Source of the DNA: Pseudomonadota bacterium
GTDB taxonomy: Bacteria > Pseudomonadota > Alphaproteobacteria > Caulobacterales > Hyphomonadaceae
Assembly: GCA_041166025.1 (NCBI GenBank)
Contig: JBEAMJ010000040.1
Coordinates: 2,421 to 66,420 of the forward strand
Direction: 5' to 3'
Length of the DNA stretch: 64,000 nucleotides
Within the stretch, counting starts at the first letter, position 1; each line of letters opens with the position of its first letter. Of the stretch, positions 17,164-25,316 are shown one piece after another. The notes under the pieces are model-generated. The model ran no database searches and was not told the origin of the DNA. It was given only the letters and a program-made list of their open reading frames with translations. The translations under genes and the position numbers were made by a program.

Positions 17164-17829
17164 GTGAATCCCGCCCTTATCCTCGACAAAGTCTACCTCA
17201 CGCTTCCCGCCGCTTCCGGCCCGGTGGAAATCCTGAAGGGCGTGAGTTTCCGCGCTATGCCGGGTGAGAGCGTCGCGGTTGTCGGGCCGTCCGGCTCGGG
17301 CAAGTCCTCGCTTATCGCTGTCTCCACCGGCATCGAGCTGACGACGTCGGGCAGGGTCGAACTCCTTGGCGAAACGCTCACCGGCAAGAGCGAGGATGCG
17401 CTCGCACGCCTGCGCCGCGGGCGCGTAAGCCTCGTCTTCCAGTCCTTCCATCTCCTTGGAACGATGAACGCTTTCGACAATGTTCGCGCTCCGCTGGAGA
17501 TCGCCGGCCTTGCCAATGTCGATGAACTCGCGCGCTCAGCGCTTGCTGCTGTCGGCCTCGCCACGCGCATGGGCCACTACCCGGGCCAGTTGTCGGGTGG
17601 GGAACGCCAGCGCGTGGCGGTCGCGCGCGCCCTAGCGAGCAATCCCGCCATCGTCTTCGCAGATGAACCGACCGGAAATCTGGACCGCGCCACCGGCGCC
17701 CTGGTCGCCGATATGCTCTTCGCCATAGCCCGCGATCGTGGCGCGACATTGGTGGTGGTGACCCACGACATGGAGATCGCAAGACGCGCGGACCGCGTAG
17801 TGGAGATGAACGACGGGAGGGTCGTCTGA
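17164..17829 (+). CDS. ybbA: ABC transporter ATP-binding protein (YbbA/LolD-like)
   Basis: GTG start at 17164. Walker A GPSGSGKSS, signature LSGGERQRV and Walker B IVFADEPT. Followed by an FtsX-type permease. Confidence 0.85.
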   Translation: MNPALILDKVYLTLPAASGPVEILKGVSFRAMPGESVAVVGPSGSGKSSLIAVSTGIELTTSGRVELLGETLTGKSEDALARLRRGRVSLVFQSFHLLGTMNAFDNVRAPLEIAGLANVDELARSALAAVGLATRMGHYPGQLSGGERQRVAVARALASNPAIVFADEPTGNLDRATGALVADMLFAIARDRGATLVVVTHDMEIARRADRVVEMNDGRVV

Positions 17830-17873
17830 GCGCGCCCTGGCTCCGCATCGCCCTGCGCGAGCTTGCCGGCGGC

Positions 17874-20345
17874 GTGGCGGGCTTCTGGATATACCTCGCC
17901 TGTCTCGCGCTCGGCGCGTGGGCCATCGCGTCGGCGGGCTCGATCACAGACGCGCTGCAGGCTGGGCTGACGCAGCAATCGCGCGCGCTTCTCGGCGGCG
18001 ACGCCGCAATCCAGATTTCGCAACGCGCTGCGACTGCGGACGAGCGCCGATGGCTCGACGAACGCGGAACCGTCAGCGAGGCGGCTCAGGTCGACCTCAT
18101 GGCCCGCAATGGCGACAAGGTCGCGCAGGTCGATGTGCGCGGCATCGACGAAAGGTTCCCGCTTGTCGGCACGTTCACTTTCGATCGCGCCATCACGACC
18201 GCAGAAACGATCGCGCGTGCCGGCGATGCTTGGGGGGTCGCCGGCAGCGAGACGCTGGCGCGCGATCTCGGTGTCGCCGTAGGTGACCGCTTCACGCTCT
18301 CGGGCATCCCGGTCGAATTGCGCGCCATCCTCAAGCGTGAGCCCGACCGCATTGGCGAGCCCGGCCTGTTCGAGCCGCGCGTGATCATCGACATTGAAGC
18401 CTTGCGCGAAGCCGGCCAGATGCAACCCGGCGGCCTCTTCCGCACCGCCTATCGTATCCTGATCGATCCCGAACACGCAGCCACATTCGAAGCCGACCTG
18501 AACGCGCGCTGGGCATCCGAAGGCCTGCGCCATCGCGGCCCGGACGACGCCATCGACGGCCTGCGCGGCCTCATCGGCATGCTGAACACCTTCATGACCG
18601 TGGTCGGCATCAGTTCGTTGATCGCCGGCGGCGTTGGCGTCAGCCAGGCGACATCCTCCTTCCTCGAAACCCGGCTCGATTCGATTGCGGTGCTGAAGGC
18701 GCTCGGCGCCGATGGCGGGACGATCCGCGCGGCCTACGCCGTGCAGCTCGGCGTGCTTGCCGGCATCGGCGCTGCTGTCGGGATCGTCCTTGGCTCGCTC
18801 TCGCCCTGGGTCGTCAACGCCATTGCGGGCAGCGACATCCCGCTGCCTATGGTCCTAGGCGTCTACCCGCTTGCTCTCCTCAAGGCGCTGGTCCTCACCC
18901 TTCTCGCCGCCACCATCTTCGCCGCACCGCCGCTCGGCCGCGCGCGCGCCACGCCGCCGGCGGCCCTGTTCCGCCGTGAAAGCGGCGATGCGTCCCAGCG
19001 CACGCCACTCATCGAGCGCCTCGTTGCACTCGCTGCGGCTCTCCTTCTGGTCGCAATCGCAATGGCAGGATCGCAGCGGCCGCTTGTGGTGCTTGGCCTG
19101 CTGGTCGGCGCCGCGCTCGCCTATGTGATCCTGATTGGTGCGGCCATGCTGGTGAAACGGCTCGCACGTCGCGCCGCCCGGCATGCCCGCGGCAAACTGC
19201 GGCTCATCCTGTCCAACCTCGGCGGCCCCGGCTCCCTAGCGCCCATTGTTGCGCCCGCGCTGGGCCTCGGCCTCGGGCTGCTAACGCTGATCGTCGCGAT
19301 CCAGTCCAACCTGCTTGGCCGGCTTACCGAAACCGCGCCGGCCGAGGCTCCGTCCGTCATCTTCCGCCAGATCGCCGAGCACGACGCGGCGGCCTTCGAC
19401 GCGCTCATGCGCGAGCAGGGCTTGGACACATCCGACCAGCTATCCTATCGCCGCGCGCCTGTCCTTCTCGGCCGCGTCACCACGATCGACGGCGCGCCAC
19501 TCGACGAGCAGTCCGTGCCGATTGAGGAGCGCTGGATCACACGCACCGAAACACCGATGACGATCCTTGCCAATCAGCCTGTGGAAGCGGTGTTGCTCCA
19601 GGGCCAGTGGTGGCCGACCGACCATACCGGCACGCCGCTTGTCTCGGTTGAGGAGGGCGTCGCCCAGGGTCTCGGGCTCAAGGTCGGCAGCCGCGTCGGC
19701 CTGCGCATCTTTCTCAAGGAGATCGAGGCGGAGGTCGCGTCCATCAGGAAAGTCGACTGGACCGGCTTCGGCGCCAACGTTGCCTTCATCCTGTCGCCCG
19801 GCGCCGTCACCGGCTTCAGCCCCGCCCACGCCGCGATTGTGCGCATTTCTCCCGACGTGGAGGAAGCGGTCGTGGCGGCAGTGGGCGAGCGGTTTCCGCG
19901 TGTGCTTGCCTTCCAGGTTCGCCGCACCCTCGAGACGGCCGTCGACCTGTTCGGACAGGTCTCGCTCGTCGTGACGTCGCTGGCGAGCGTTGTCCTTGCG
20001 GCCGGCGTGCTCGTCCTCTTTGGCGCCTTTGCAGCAGCTGCGCGGCGGCGTCGCCGCGAGTCGGCGCTGCTCAAGGTGTTTGGCGCGACGCGGCCAGCAA
20101 TCCTGCTCTTCTACGCGTTCGAGTTCGCGCTTGCGGCAATGCTTGCTGTGGCGCTCGGCATCGGCTTTGGCGTGCTCGCGGCTCACCCGATTGTGATTCT
20201 ACTGATCGAGACCGAGTGGCGTCTCGAATGGGCGCCGGTGCTCGCGATGGCTTTCATCACCGTGTTTGCCGCTGCGGCGGGAGGCGCGGCCGTGGGCTGG
20301 TCGACTTTGTCCCACCGCCCGGCGCGAGTATTGCGCTCGGCATGA
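17874..20345 (+). CDS. ybbP: FtsX-like ABC permease (YbbP-type, two FtsX domains, about 10 TM)
   Basis: 823 aa from the GTG at 17874. N-terminus ...GFWIYLACLALGAWAIASAGSITDALQAGLTQQSRALLGGDAAI is YbbP-like. The true start is probably upstream (see finding). Confidence 0.8.
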   Translation: MAGFWIYLACLALGAWAIASAGSITDALQAGLTQQSRALLGGDAAIQISQRAATADERRWLDERGTVSEAAQVDLMARNGDKVAQVDVRGIDERFPLVGTFTFDRAITTAETIARAGDAWGVAGSETLARDLGVAVGDRFTLSGIPVELRAILKREPDRIGEPGLFEPRVIIDIEALREAGQMQPGGLFRTAYRILIDPEHAATFEADLNARWASEGLRHRGPDDAIDGLRGLIGMLNTFMTVVGISSLIAGGVGVSQATSSFLETRLDSIAVLKALGADGGTIRAAYAVQLGVLAGIGAAVGIVLGSLSPWVVNAIAGSDIPLPMVLGVYPLALLKALVLTLLAATIFAAPPLGRARATPPAALFRRESGDASQRTPLIERLVALAAALLLVAIAMAGSQRPLVVLGLLVGAALAYVILIGAAMLVKRLARRAARHARGKLRLILSNLGGPGSLAPIVAPALGLGLGLLTLIVAIQSNLLGRLTETAPAEAPSVIFRQIAEHDAAAFDALMREQGLDTSDQLSYRRAPVLLGRVTTIDGAPLDEQSVPIEERWITRTETPMTILANQPVEAVLLQGQWWPTDHTGTPLVSVEEGVAQGLGLKVGSRVGLRIFLKEIEAEVASIRKVDWTGFGANVAFILSPGAVTGFSPAHAAIVRISPDVEEAVVAAVGERFPRVLAFQVRRTLETAVDLFGQVSLVVTSLASVVLAAGVLVLFGAFAAAARRRRRESALLKVFGATRPAILLFYAFEFALAAMLAVALGIGFGVLAAHPIVILLIETEWRLEWAPVLAMAFITVFAAAAGGAAVGWSTLSHRPARVLRSA

Positions 20346-20477
20346 AGGTGGGTATGTTCCCGGTGCGTCAGCCCGACGCGATGCCCTCGAAAAACCGCCC
20401 GCAGCTGTTTGTGGAGACGGTGACGGATACCCGTCATGTGGGCGTTGAGCAGATGGTTGGGCGAACGGGGAGGAGTC

Positions 20478-21425
20478 ATGAATAAGCTCGTGTCTGTAGT
20501 TGCGCTGTGTGCAGCGCTTGGCGCATGCCAGACGATGCCGATGGATGGGTCGAGCGCGTCCGCCGATTCATCGACTGCGACCGCGTGGAAAGCCAAGCGC
20601 GGACCCGACGGCGTCCATCCGGACCTTAATGGTGTCTGGCGCGTGATGAACACCGCCAACTACAACATCGAAGCGCACCCGGCCTCCGCCGCGCTGCAGC
20701 TTCGTCCCGGTCCGTACGTGCCTGTGCCGGATGCGTCCGTCGTTGCGCTTGGCGCCATCGGCGCCGTGCCCGCCGGTATCGGCATCGTCCAGGGCGACGG
20801 GAAAATCCCGTACACCGCCGATGCTCTCGCCGTTCGCGACGCCAACCGCGCCAAGGCCGTCGAGCTTGATCCGGAGGTGAAGTGCTACCTGCCGGGCGTG
20901 CCGCGCGCCAACTATATGGACAAGCCTTTCCAGATCTTCCACTCGGACAAGGCCGTGTTCATCGCGTATGAATTCGCGGGCGCCGTCCGTAACATCTTCC
21001 TCGAAGAGCCGGATCCGGCCCCGGCCCAGTCCTGGATGGGCCAGTCCTACGGCCGCTGGGAGGGCGACACGTTCGTTGTCGAGGTGACCGATATGCTGCC
21101 GACGACCTGGCTTGATCGGTCGGGCAACATCAAGGGCGAAGACACCAAGATCGTCGAGCGCTGGACGCCGACCTCCGACTACACCATGCGCTACGAGGCG
21201 GAGATCACCGATCCTTCCGTCTACACCAAGCCGTGGAAGATCGCTTTCAACCTCTACAAGGCCCAGGGCGAGGACGCCCAGCTCCAGCAGTTCAAGTGCG
21301 TCGAGTTCGTCGAGGAGCTGATGTACGGCCACCTGCGCAAAAACCCGCTGCCGGGTCCGGCACTGGAGCGTGCGAAGCGTGAAGCCGAAGAGCGCGCAGC
21401 CGAGGAGGCCGAGCTCGGCGAGTAA
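20478..21425 (+). CDS. secreted lipoprotein of unknown function, paralogue of 60322..61338
   Basis: Lipobox MNKLVSVVALCAALGAC. Blocks shared with the second copy: PDLNGVWR, GKIPYT, GRWEGDTFVVEV, ERW, DPSVYTKPW. RBS GGAGGAG lies 2-3 nt upstream of the ATG. Confidence 0.7.
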   Translation: MNKLVSVVALCAALGACQTMPMDGSSASADSSTATAWKAKRGPDGVHPDLNGVWRVMNTANYNIEAHPASAALQLRPGPYVPVPDASVVALGAIGAVPAGIGIVQGDGKIPYTADALAVRDANRAKAVELDPEVKCYLPGVPRANYMDKPFQIFHSDKAVFIAYEFAGAVRNIFLEEPDPAPAQSWMGQSYGRWEGDTFVVEVTDMLPTTWLDRSGNIKGEDTKIVERWTPTSDYTMRYEAEITDPSVYTKPWKIAFNLYKAQGEDAQLQQFKCVEFVEELMYGHLRKNPLPGPALERAKREAEERAAEEAELGE

Positions 21426-21459
21426 TGTGCGCCGCGGGGTGTTGAATATGTTGTGATAA

Positions 21460-21494
21460 CCGCGGCTGCCGGCGTCATTGGCAGGCAGCCGCGG
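21460..21494 (+). terminator. perfect 11-bp GC hairpin downstream of 20478..21425 (no U-tract)
   Basis: ccgcggctgcc - 13-nt loop - ggcagccgcgg, 35 nt after the stop codon. Not followed by a T run, so intrinsic-terminator function is uncertain. Confidence 0.35.
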
Positions 21495-21701
21495 CTCATA
21501 ACACAAGGGAATCCCGGTGGTTCGCGAGCGAACCCACGGGGGCGAGCCGGCCGGGGACCGGGCGCCGTGTGTGGGAAACCCTTGAGTACCGCGGCCTGCG
21601 GGATTAAAACGGGCGTAATTTCAGGGGCGCGGGCAGGACTGAGTCCCGCAGGCGCAGAGACAAGGTGGACGGCGGCATACCGTCGGTTCTGGAGGAAGTA
21701 G
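21495..21701 (+). promoter_or_regulatory. long structured 5' leader upstream of the DUF6152 gene
   Basis: Multi-stem region closed by caaggg...cccttg (about 21504..21585), with internal hairpin gtggttcgc-GAG-cgaacccac. Further hairpins follow, including gacgg-cggcata-ccgtc immediately 5' of the RBS ggaggaag. Confidence 0.45.
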
Positions 21702-22277
21702 ATGAAGAGCAAAGTTCGTCTGGTTGTCGCTGGGGCCGCTCTTGCCGCCCTGACCGCGGCAGGAGCAGGCACCGCCGCTTACGCACACCACGCGTTCGCA
21801 GCCGAGTTCGACGCCAACCGTCCCGTTCTGCTGAAGGGTGCGGTTGATTTCGTCGAGTGGACGAACCCGCACACCTGGATCCACATCACAGTCAACGACG
21901 TGAACAAGTTCGGCCAGCCGAAAGCGGGATCGACGCTGAACTGGGCGATCGAAGGCGGTACGCCCAACACCATCTTCCGCCTGCCTAACGCCGGCCAGGG
22001 CATGTCCGCCGCCGACCAAGCGAAGGCTCGTTCGGTCGCCATCCCGAAGGGCACGCAAGTTGTGGTCCGCGGCTACCAGTCGAAAGACACGGTCTGCTCG
22101 CGCAAGTGGGGCACGGGCGCCCAACTCAAGAACATCACCTGCAAGGCCAACGGTCGTGACGTGACCTTCCCGAACGGCTGCAAGCTGTTCGTCGGCGGCT
22201 CCTCGACGGGCGCTCCGAAGGACGGCGCAGACCAGGGCGCGCGGACGGATTGCACCGCCGCCTCGCCGCCGGCCTGA
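21702..22277 (+). CDS. DUF6152-like secreted protein with Cys-containing C-terminal extension
   Basis: Signal peptide ending AYA. Predicted mature N-terminus HHAFAAEFDANRPVLLKGAVDFVEWTNPHTWIHI matches my recollection of the DUF6152 signature. 191 aa. Confidence 0.65.
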   Translation: MKSKVRLVVAGAALAALTAAGAGTAAYAHHAFAAEFDANRPVLLKGAVDFVEWTNPHTWIHITVNDVNKFGQPKAGSTLNWAIEGGTPNTIFRLPNAGQGMSAADQAKARSVAIPKGTQVVVRGYQSKDTVCSRKWGTGAQLKNITCKANGRDVTFPNGCKLFVGGSSTGAPKDGADQGARTDCTAASPPA

Positions 22278-22300
22278 TCTGAAGCAGAGCTGAAACTAGC

Positions 22301-22332
22301 AAGCCCGCCGTCCCACCGACGGCGGGCTTTTT
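22301..22332 (+). terminator. rho-independent terminator
   Basis: Perfect 11-bp stem agcccgccgtc/gacggcgggct with 5-nt loop, followed by ttttt. Lies 24 nt after the stop at 22277. Confidence 0.85.
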
Positions 22333-22392
22333 GCTGTTCATCAAAGTCCGCTTTGGCTACCTAGGTCGCCGCGATCACACGGGGGCATTCCG

Positions 22393-23379
22393 ATGACAGC
22401 GCGCACGCTCCGCGAATTCCTGGCCGACCCTGTAGGCGATGGGAAAGCGGCGCCGCGCGATCTCGCCGTGCTTATCGAGGCCATCTCCGATTCGTGCCGC
22501 ACCATCTCCTATCTCGTCTCGCGCGGTTCGCTGGCCGGCGTGCTGGGCTCGGCAGGCACCGGCAACGTCCAGGGCGAAGAGCAGAAGCAGCTCGATGTCC
22601 TGGCCAATGATGAGATGATGGCGATGGCGAAAGCGACGGGCGTCGTCGCAGCGGCTGCTTCCGAGGAGGAGGATGAGGCGCGAGCCATGACGGCCGGTGC
22701 GCCCTATCTCCTCCTGTTCGATCCGCTCGACGGCTCGTCCAACATCGACGTCAATGTCTCGATCGGCACGATCTTCTCGGTTTTGCCGGCCACCGCTGGC
22801 GAGGGCGCCGAGCCGTTTCTCCAGCCTGGGCATAACCAGGCCGCCGCCGGGTATTGCGTCTATGGACCGCAAACCACGCTGGTGCTCACGCTCGGATGCG
22901 GCGTCGTAGCCTTTACCATGGATCCGCCGACCGGGCAGTTCGTGCAGACGGGCGCAAACATCCGCATCCCGGAGAAGACCAGGGAGTTCGCCATCAACAT
23001 GTCGAACATGCGCCACTGGGCCGAGCCTGTGCGCGCCTACATCGACGACTGTCTCGCCGGGGAGGCCGGCCCGCGGGGCAAGAACTTCAATATGCGCTGG
23101 ATCGCCTCCATGGTGGCCGACGTCCACCGCGTTCTCACGCGCGGCGGCGTCTTCATGTATCCTTGGGACAAGCGCGAACCGACCAAGCCCGGCAAGCTCC
23201 GCCTGATGTACGAAGCCAACCCGATGTCGCTGCTGGTCGAGCAGGCCGGCGGCAAGTCCTTCGACGGCAAGCAGCGCATTCTCGACATCAGGCCTACCGG
23301 CCTCCACCAGCGTGTGTCGGTCATGCTGGGCTCGAAGGAAGAGGTCGAGGTGCTGGAGCAGAAGCACGCGCGGTCATGA
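22393..23379 (+). CDS. fbp: class 1 fructose-1,6-bisphosphatase
   Basis: 328 aa with hallmark [34 protein letters not shown] and QRVSVMLGS blocks. Confidence 0.95.
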   Translation: MTARTLREFLADPVGDGKAAPRDLAVLIEAISDSCRTISYLVSRGSLAGVLGSAGTGNVQGEEQKQLDVLANDEMMAMAKATGVVAAAASEEEDEARAMTAGAPYLLLFDPLDGSSNIDVNVSIGTIFSVLPATAGEGAEPFLQPGHNQAAAGYCVYGPQTTLVLTLGCGVVAFTMDPPTGQFVQTGANIRIPEKTREFAINMSNMRHWAEPVRAYIDDCLAGEAGPRGKNFNMRWIASMVADVHRVLTRGGVFMYPWDKREPTKPGKLRLMYEANPMSLLVEQAGGKSFDGKQRILDIRPTGLHQRVSVMLGSKEEVEVLEQKHARS

Positions 23380-23921
23380 ACGAGGCCGTCGCGCGGCGCA
23401 GCGTCTGGCGCATGTTCGGCCGCGCGTTTGTTGTCGCGTGGTTCCTGCTCGGCGGCATCGGTCATTTCGTGCTGACCGACATGTTCACCTCGATCGTGCC
23501 GCCCTTCGTGCCTTACCCACGCGGGATGGTTCTGTTCACCGGCGCTTGCGAGATCGCGGGCGCGCTCGCGCTGCTCTACAAGCCGCTGCGGCACATCGGG
23601 GGTTGGTGCATCATCGCGCTCACCGTCTGCGTCACGCCGGTCCATATCCAGATGCTGGTCGAGGCGGACAAGTACCGCGCGATCGGCGCCGCCGCACTTT
23701 GGGCGCGGTTGCTGTTCCAGCCAGTGCTGATCTGGATCATCTGGGCGAGCACGAAACGTGCGGCGAATTGGGTCCTGCGAAATCCACTGCGCGGTCCCGG
23801 TTACGAACCCCGCGCAGCCCTTGCGAACCGTTCCAGGGCCGCCATCGCATCGTCATGCGTGGCGGCGCTCGGCTGCTTTCGCGGCATCCGGTTCCACGCA
23901 TCCAGCGCCGCGATCTTGTAG
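23376..23921 (+). CDS. DoxX-like small membrane protein (181 aa including a 3' tail antisense to sthA)
   Basis: ATG overlaps the fbp stop (ATGA). [47 protein letters not shown] is DoxX_2-like. About 4 TM, then roughly 57 residues running into the convergent gene. Confidence 0.6.
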   Translation: MNEAVARRSVWRMFGRAFVVAWFLLGGIGHFVLTDMFTSIVPPFVPYPRGMVLFTGACEIAGALALLYKPLRHIGGWCIIALTVCVTPVHIQMLVEADKYRAIGAAALWARLLFQPVLIWIIWASTKRAANWVLRNPLRGPGYEPRAALANRSRAAIASSCVAALGCFRGIRFHASSAAIL

Positions 23922-25264
23922 GCTTCGGCCAGCGTTGGGTAGTTGAAGGTGTTCTCGACGAAATAATCCAGCGTGCCCTCGAGATTGAGCACGGCCTGGC
24001 CGATGTGGATCAGCTCGGTCGCGCCTTCGCCGACGATGTGGCAGCCGAGCAGCCGCCGCGTCTCGAGCGCGAAGATCATCTTCATGAAGCCCGCATTGAG
24101 CCCCATGATCTGGCCGCGCGCCGTCTCGCGGAAGCGCGCGATCCCGCACTCGTAGGGAATACTCTTCGCGCGGACCTGCTCCTCGGTCATGCCGATTGTC
24201 GACATTTCAGGCACGGAGTAGATGCCATAGGGAAAGAATTCCGGCGGCGCCTGCGATGGCGCATCGAAGGCGTGGCAGGCCGCGATGCGTCCCTGTTCCA
24301 TCGATGTCGAGGCGAGGCTTGGAAACCCGATCACGTCGCCCACGGCGTGGATGTGAGGCTGGCGCGTGCGGAACGTCTTCGGATCGACGGCGATTTTGCC
24401 GCGCTCGTCGGTGGAAAGCCCCGCATTCTCCAGCTCCAGCGCATTCGTGGCGCCCTTCCGGCCGGCGGCGAACAGCACCATCTCGCTCCAGATCTGGCGC
24501 GCATCCTCAAGTTCGATCAGGCAGGCGTCGGACGCTGGGCGGCTCACCCTCTTCACCTTGCTCTGCAGCCGCAGGCTCATCCCCCGGTCGCGCATCTCGT
24601 GCGTGAACTCGTCCACCAATTCGCGGTCGATGAAGGGAAAGATGTGGTCGCTGGGCTCGATCACCGTCACCTTGACGTCGAGCGCAGAAAAGATGGTCGC
24701 GTATTCGATGCCGATGACACCGCCGCCAATCACAGCGAGGGAGCGGGGCAGGCGCTTCAGTTCAAGGACTTCATCCGGATCGACGATGGCGTCGCCGTCA
24801 AACGGAATGTTATGCGGGCGATAGGGTTCGGTGCCGACGGCGAGGATGAAGCGCTGCGCCGTGAATCTCTGCTCGCCGGCCGGCGTCGTCACCTCGATAT
24901 GGAGCGGGTCGATGAAGCGCGCCTCGCCGGTGACCCACTGCACGCCATTGCGCGCAAACTGATGTTCGAGGATCTCCACCTCATGGTCGAGCGTGATGGC
25001 GAGTCTGCGCCGCAGGTCTTCCGCCGTGATGCTCTGCTTGTTCCGATGGGCGCGGCCATAGACCCCGCGCTCGCGCCAGCCGGAAAGGTTCAGCACAGTC
25101 TCGCGCAGCGTCTTGGAGGGAATGGTGCCGGTGTGCACGCACACGCCGCCAACGCGCCGACCCTTCTCGACGACCAGCACCGATTTCTTGAGCTTCGCCG
25201 CCTGCACAGCCGCGCGCCGCCCGGCGGGTCCGGACCCGATGACGATGAGATCGAACGCCTGCAT
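23801..25264 (-). CDS. sthA: soluble (Si-specific) pyridine nucleotide transhydrogenase
   Basis: Start at M12 (MQAFDLIVIGSGPAG). FAD motif, GGVCVHTGTIPSK, second dinucleotide fold LAVIGGGVIGIEYA, and C-terminal [13 protein letters not shown]. About 28 aa longer at the C-terminus than my recollection of E. coli SthA. Confidence 0.9.
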   Translation of the reverse strand: MQAFDLIVIGSGPAGRRAAVQAAKLKKSVLVVEKGRRVGGVCVHTGTIPSKTLRETVLNLSGWRERGVYGRAHRNKQSITAEDLRRRLAITLDHEVEILEHQFARNGVQWVTGEARFIDPLHIEVTTPAGEQRFTAQRFILAVGTEPYRPHNIPFDGDAIVDPDEVLELKRLPRSLAVIGGGVIGIEYATIFSALDVKVTVIEPSDHIFPFIDRELVDEFTHEMRDRGMSLRLQSKVKRVSRPASDACLIELEDARQIWSEMVLFAAGRKGATNALELENAGLSTDERGKIAVDPKTFRTRQPHIHAVGDVIGFPSLASTSMEQGRIAACHAFDAPSQAPPEFFPYGIYSVPEMSTIGMTEEQVRAKSIPYECGIARFRETARGQIMGLNAGFMKMIFALETRRLLGCHIVGEGATELIHIGQAVLNLEGTLDYFVENTFNYPTLAEAYKIAALDAWNRMPRKQPSAATHDDAMAALERFARAARGS

Positions 25265-25316
25265 GGCTGGCAGAGTCCTCCGCCGCCGAAATTGCAACGA
25301 ATCTGGTTAACGGGGG

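Noticed and set aside
21504-21590. Possible cobalamin riboswitch in the leader of the DUF6152 gene (AAGGGAAtCCcGGTG resembles the conserved 5' core).
   Set aside because: I could not find a B12 box (GCCACTG / AGYCMGGAGACCKGCC) in the canonical 3' position, and the segment after GGTG does not follow the consensus. I kept it as an unclassified structured leader instead.
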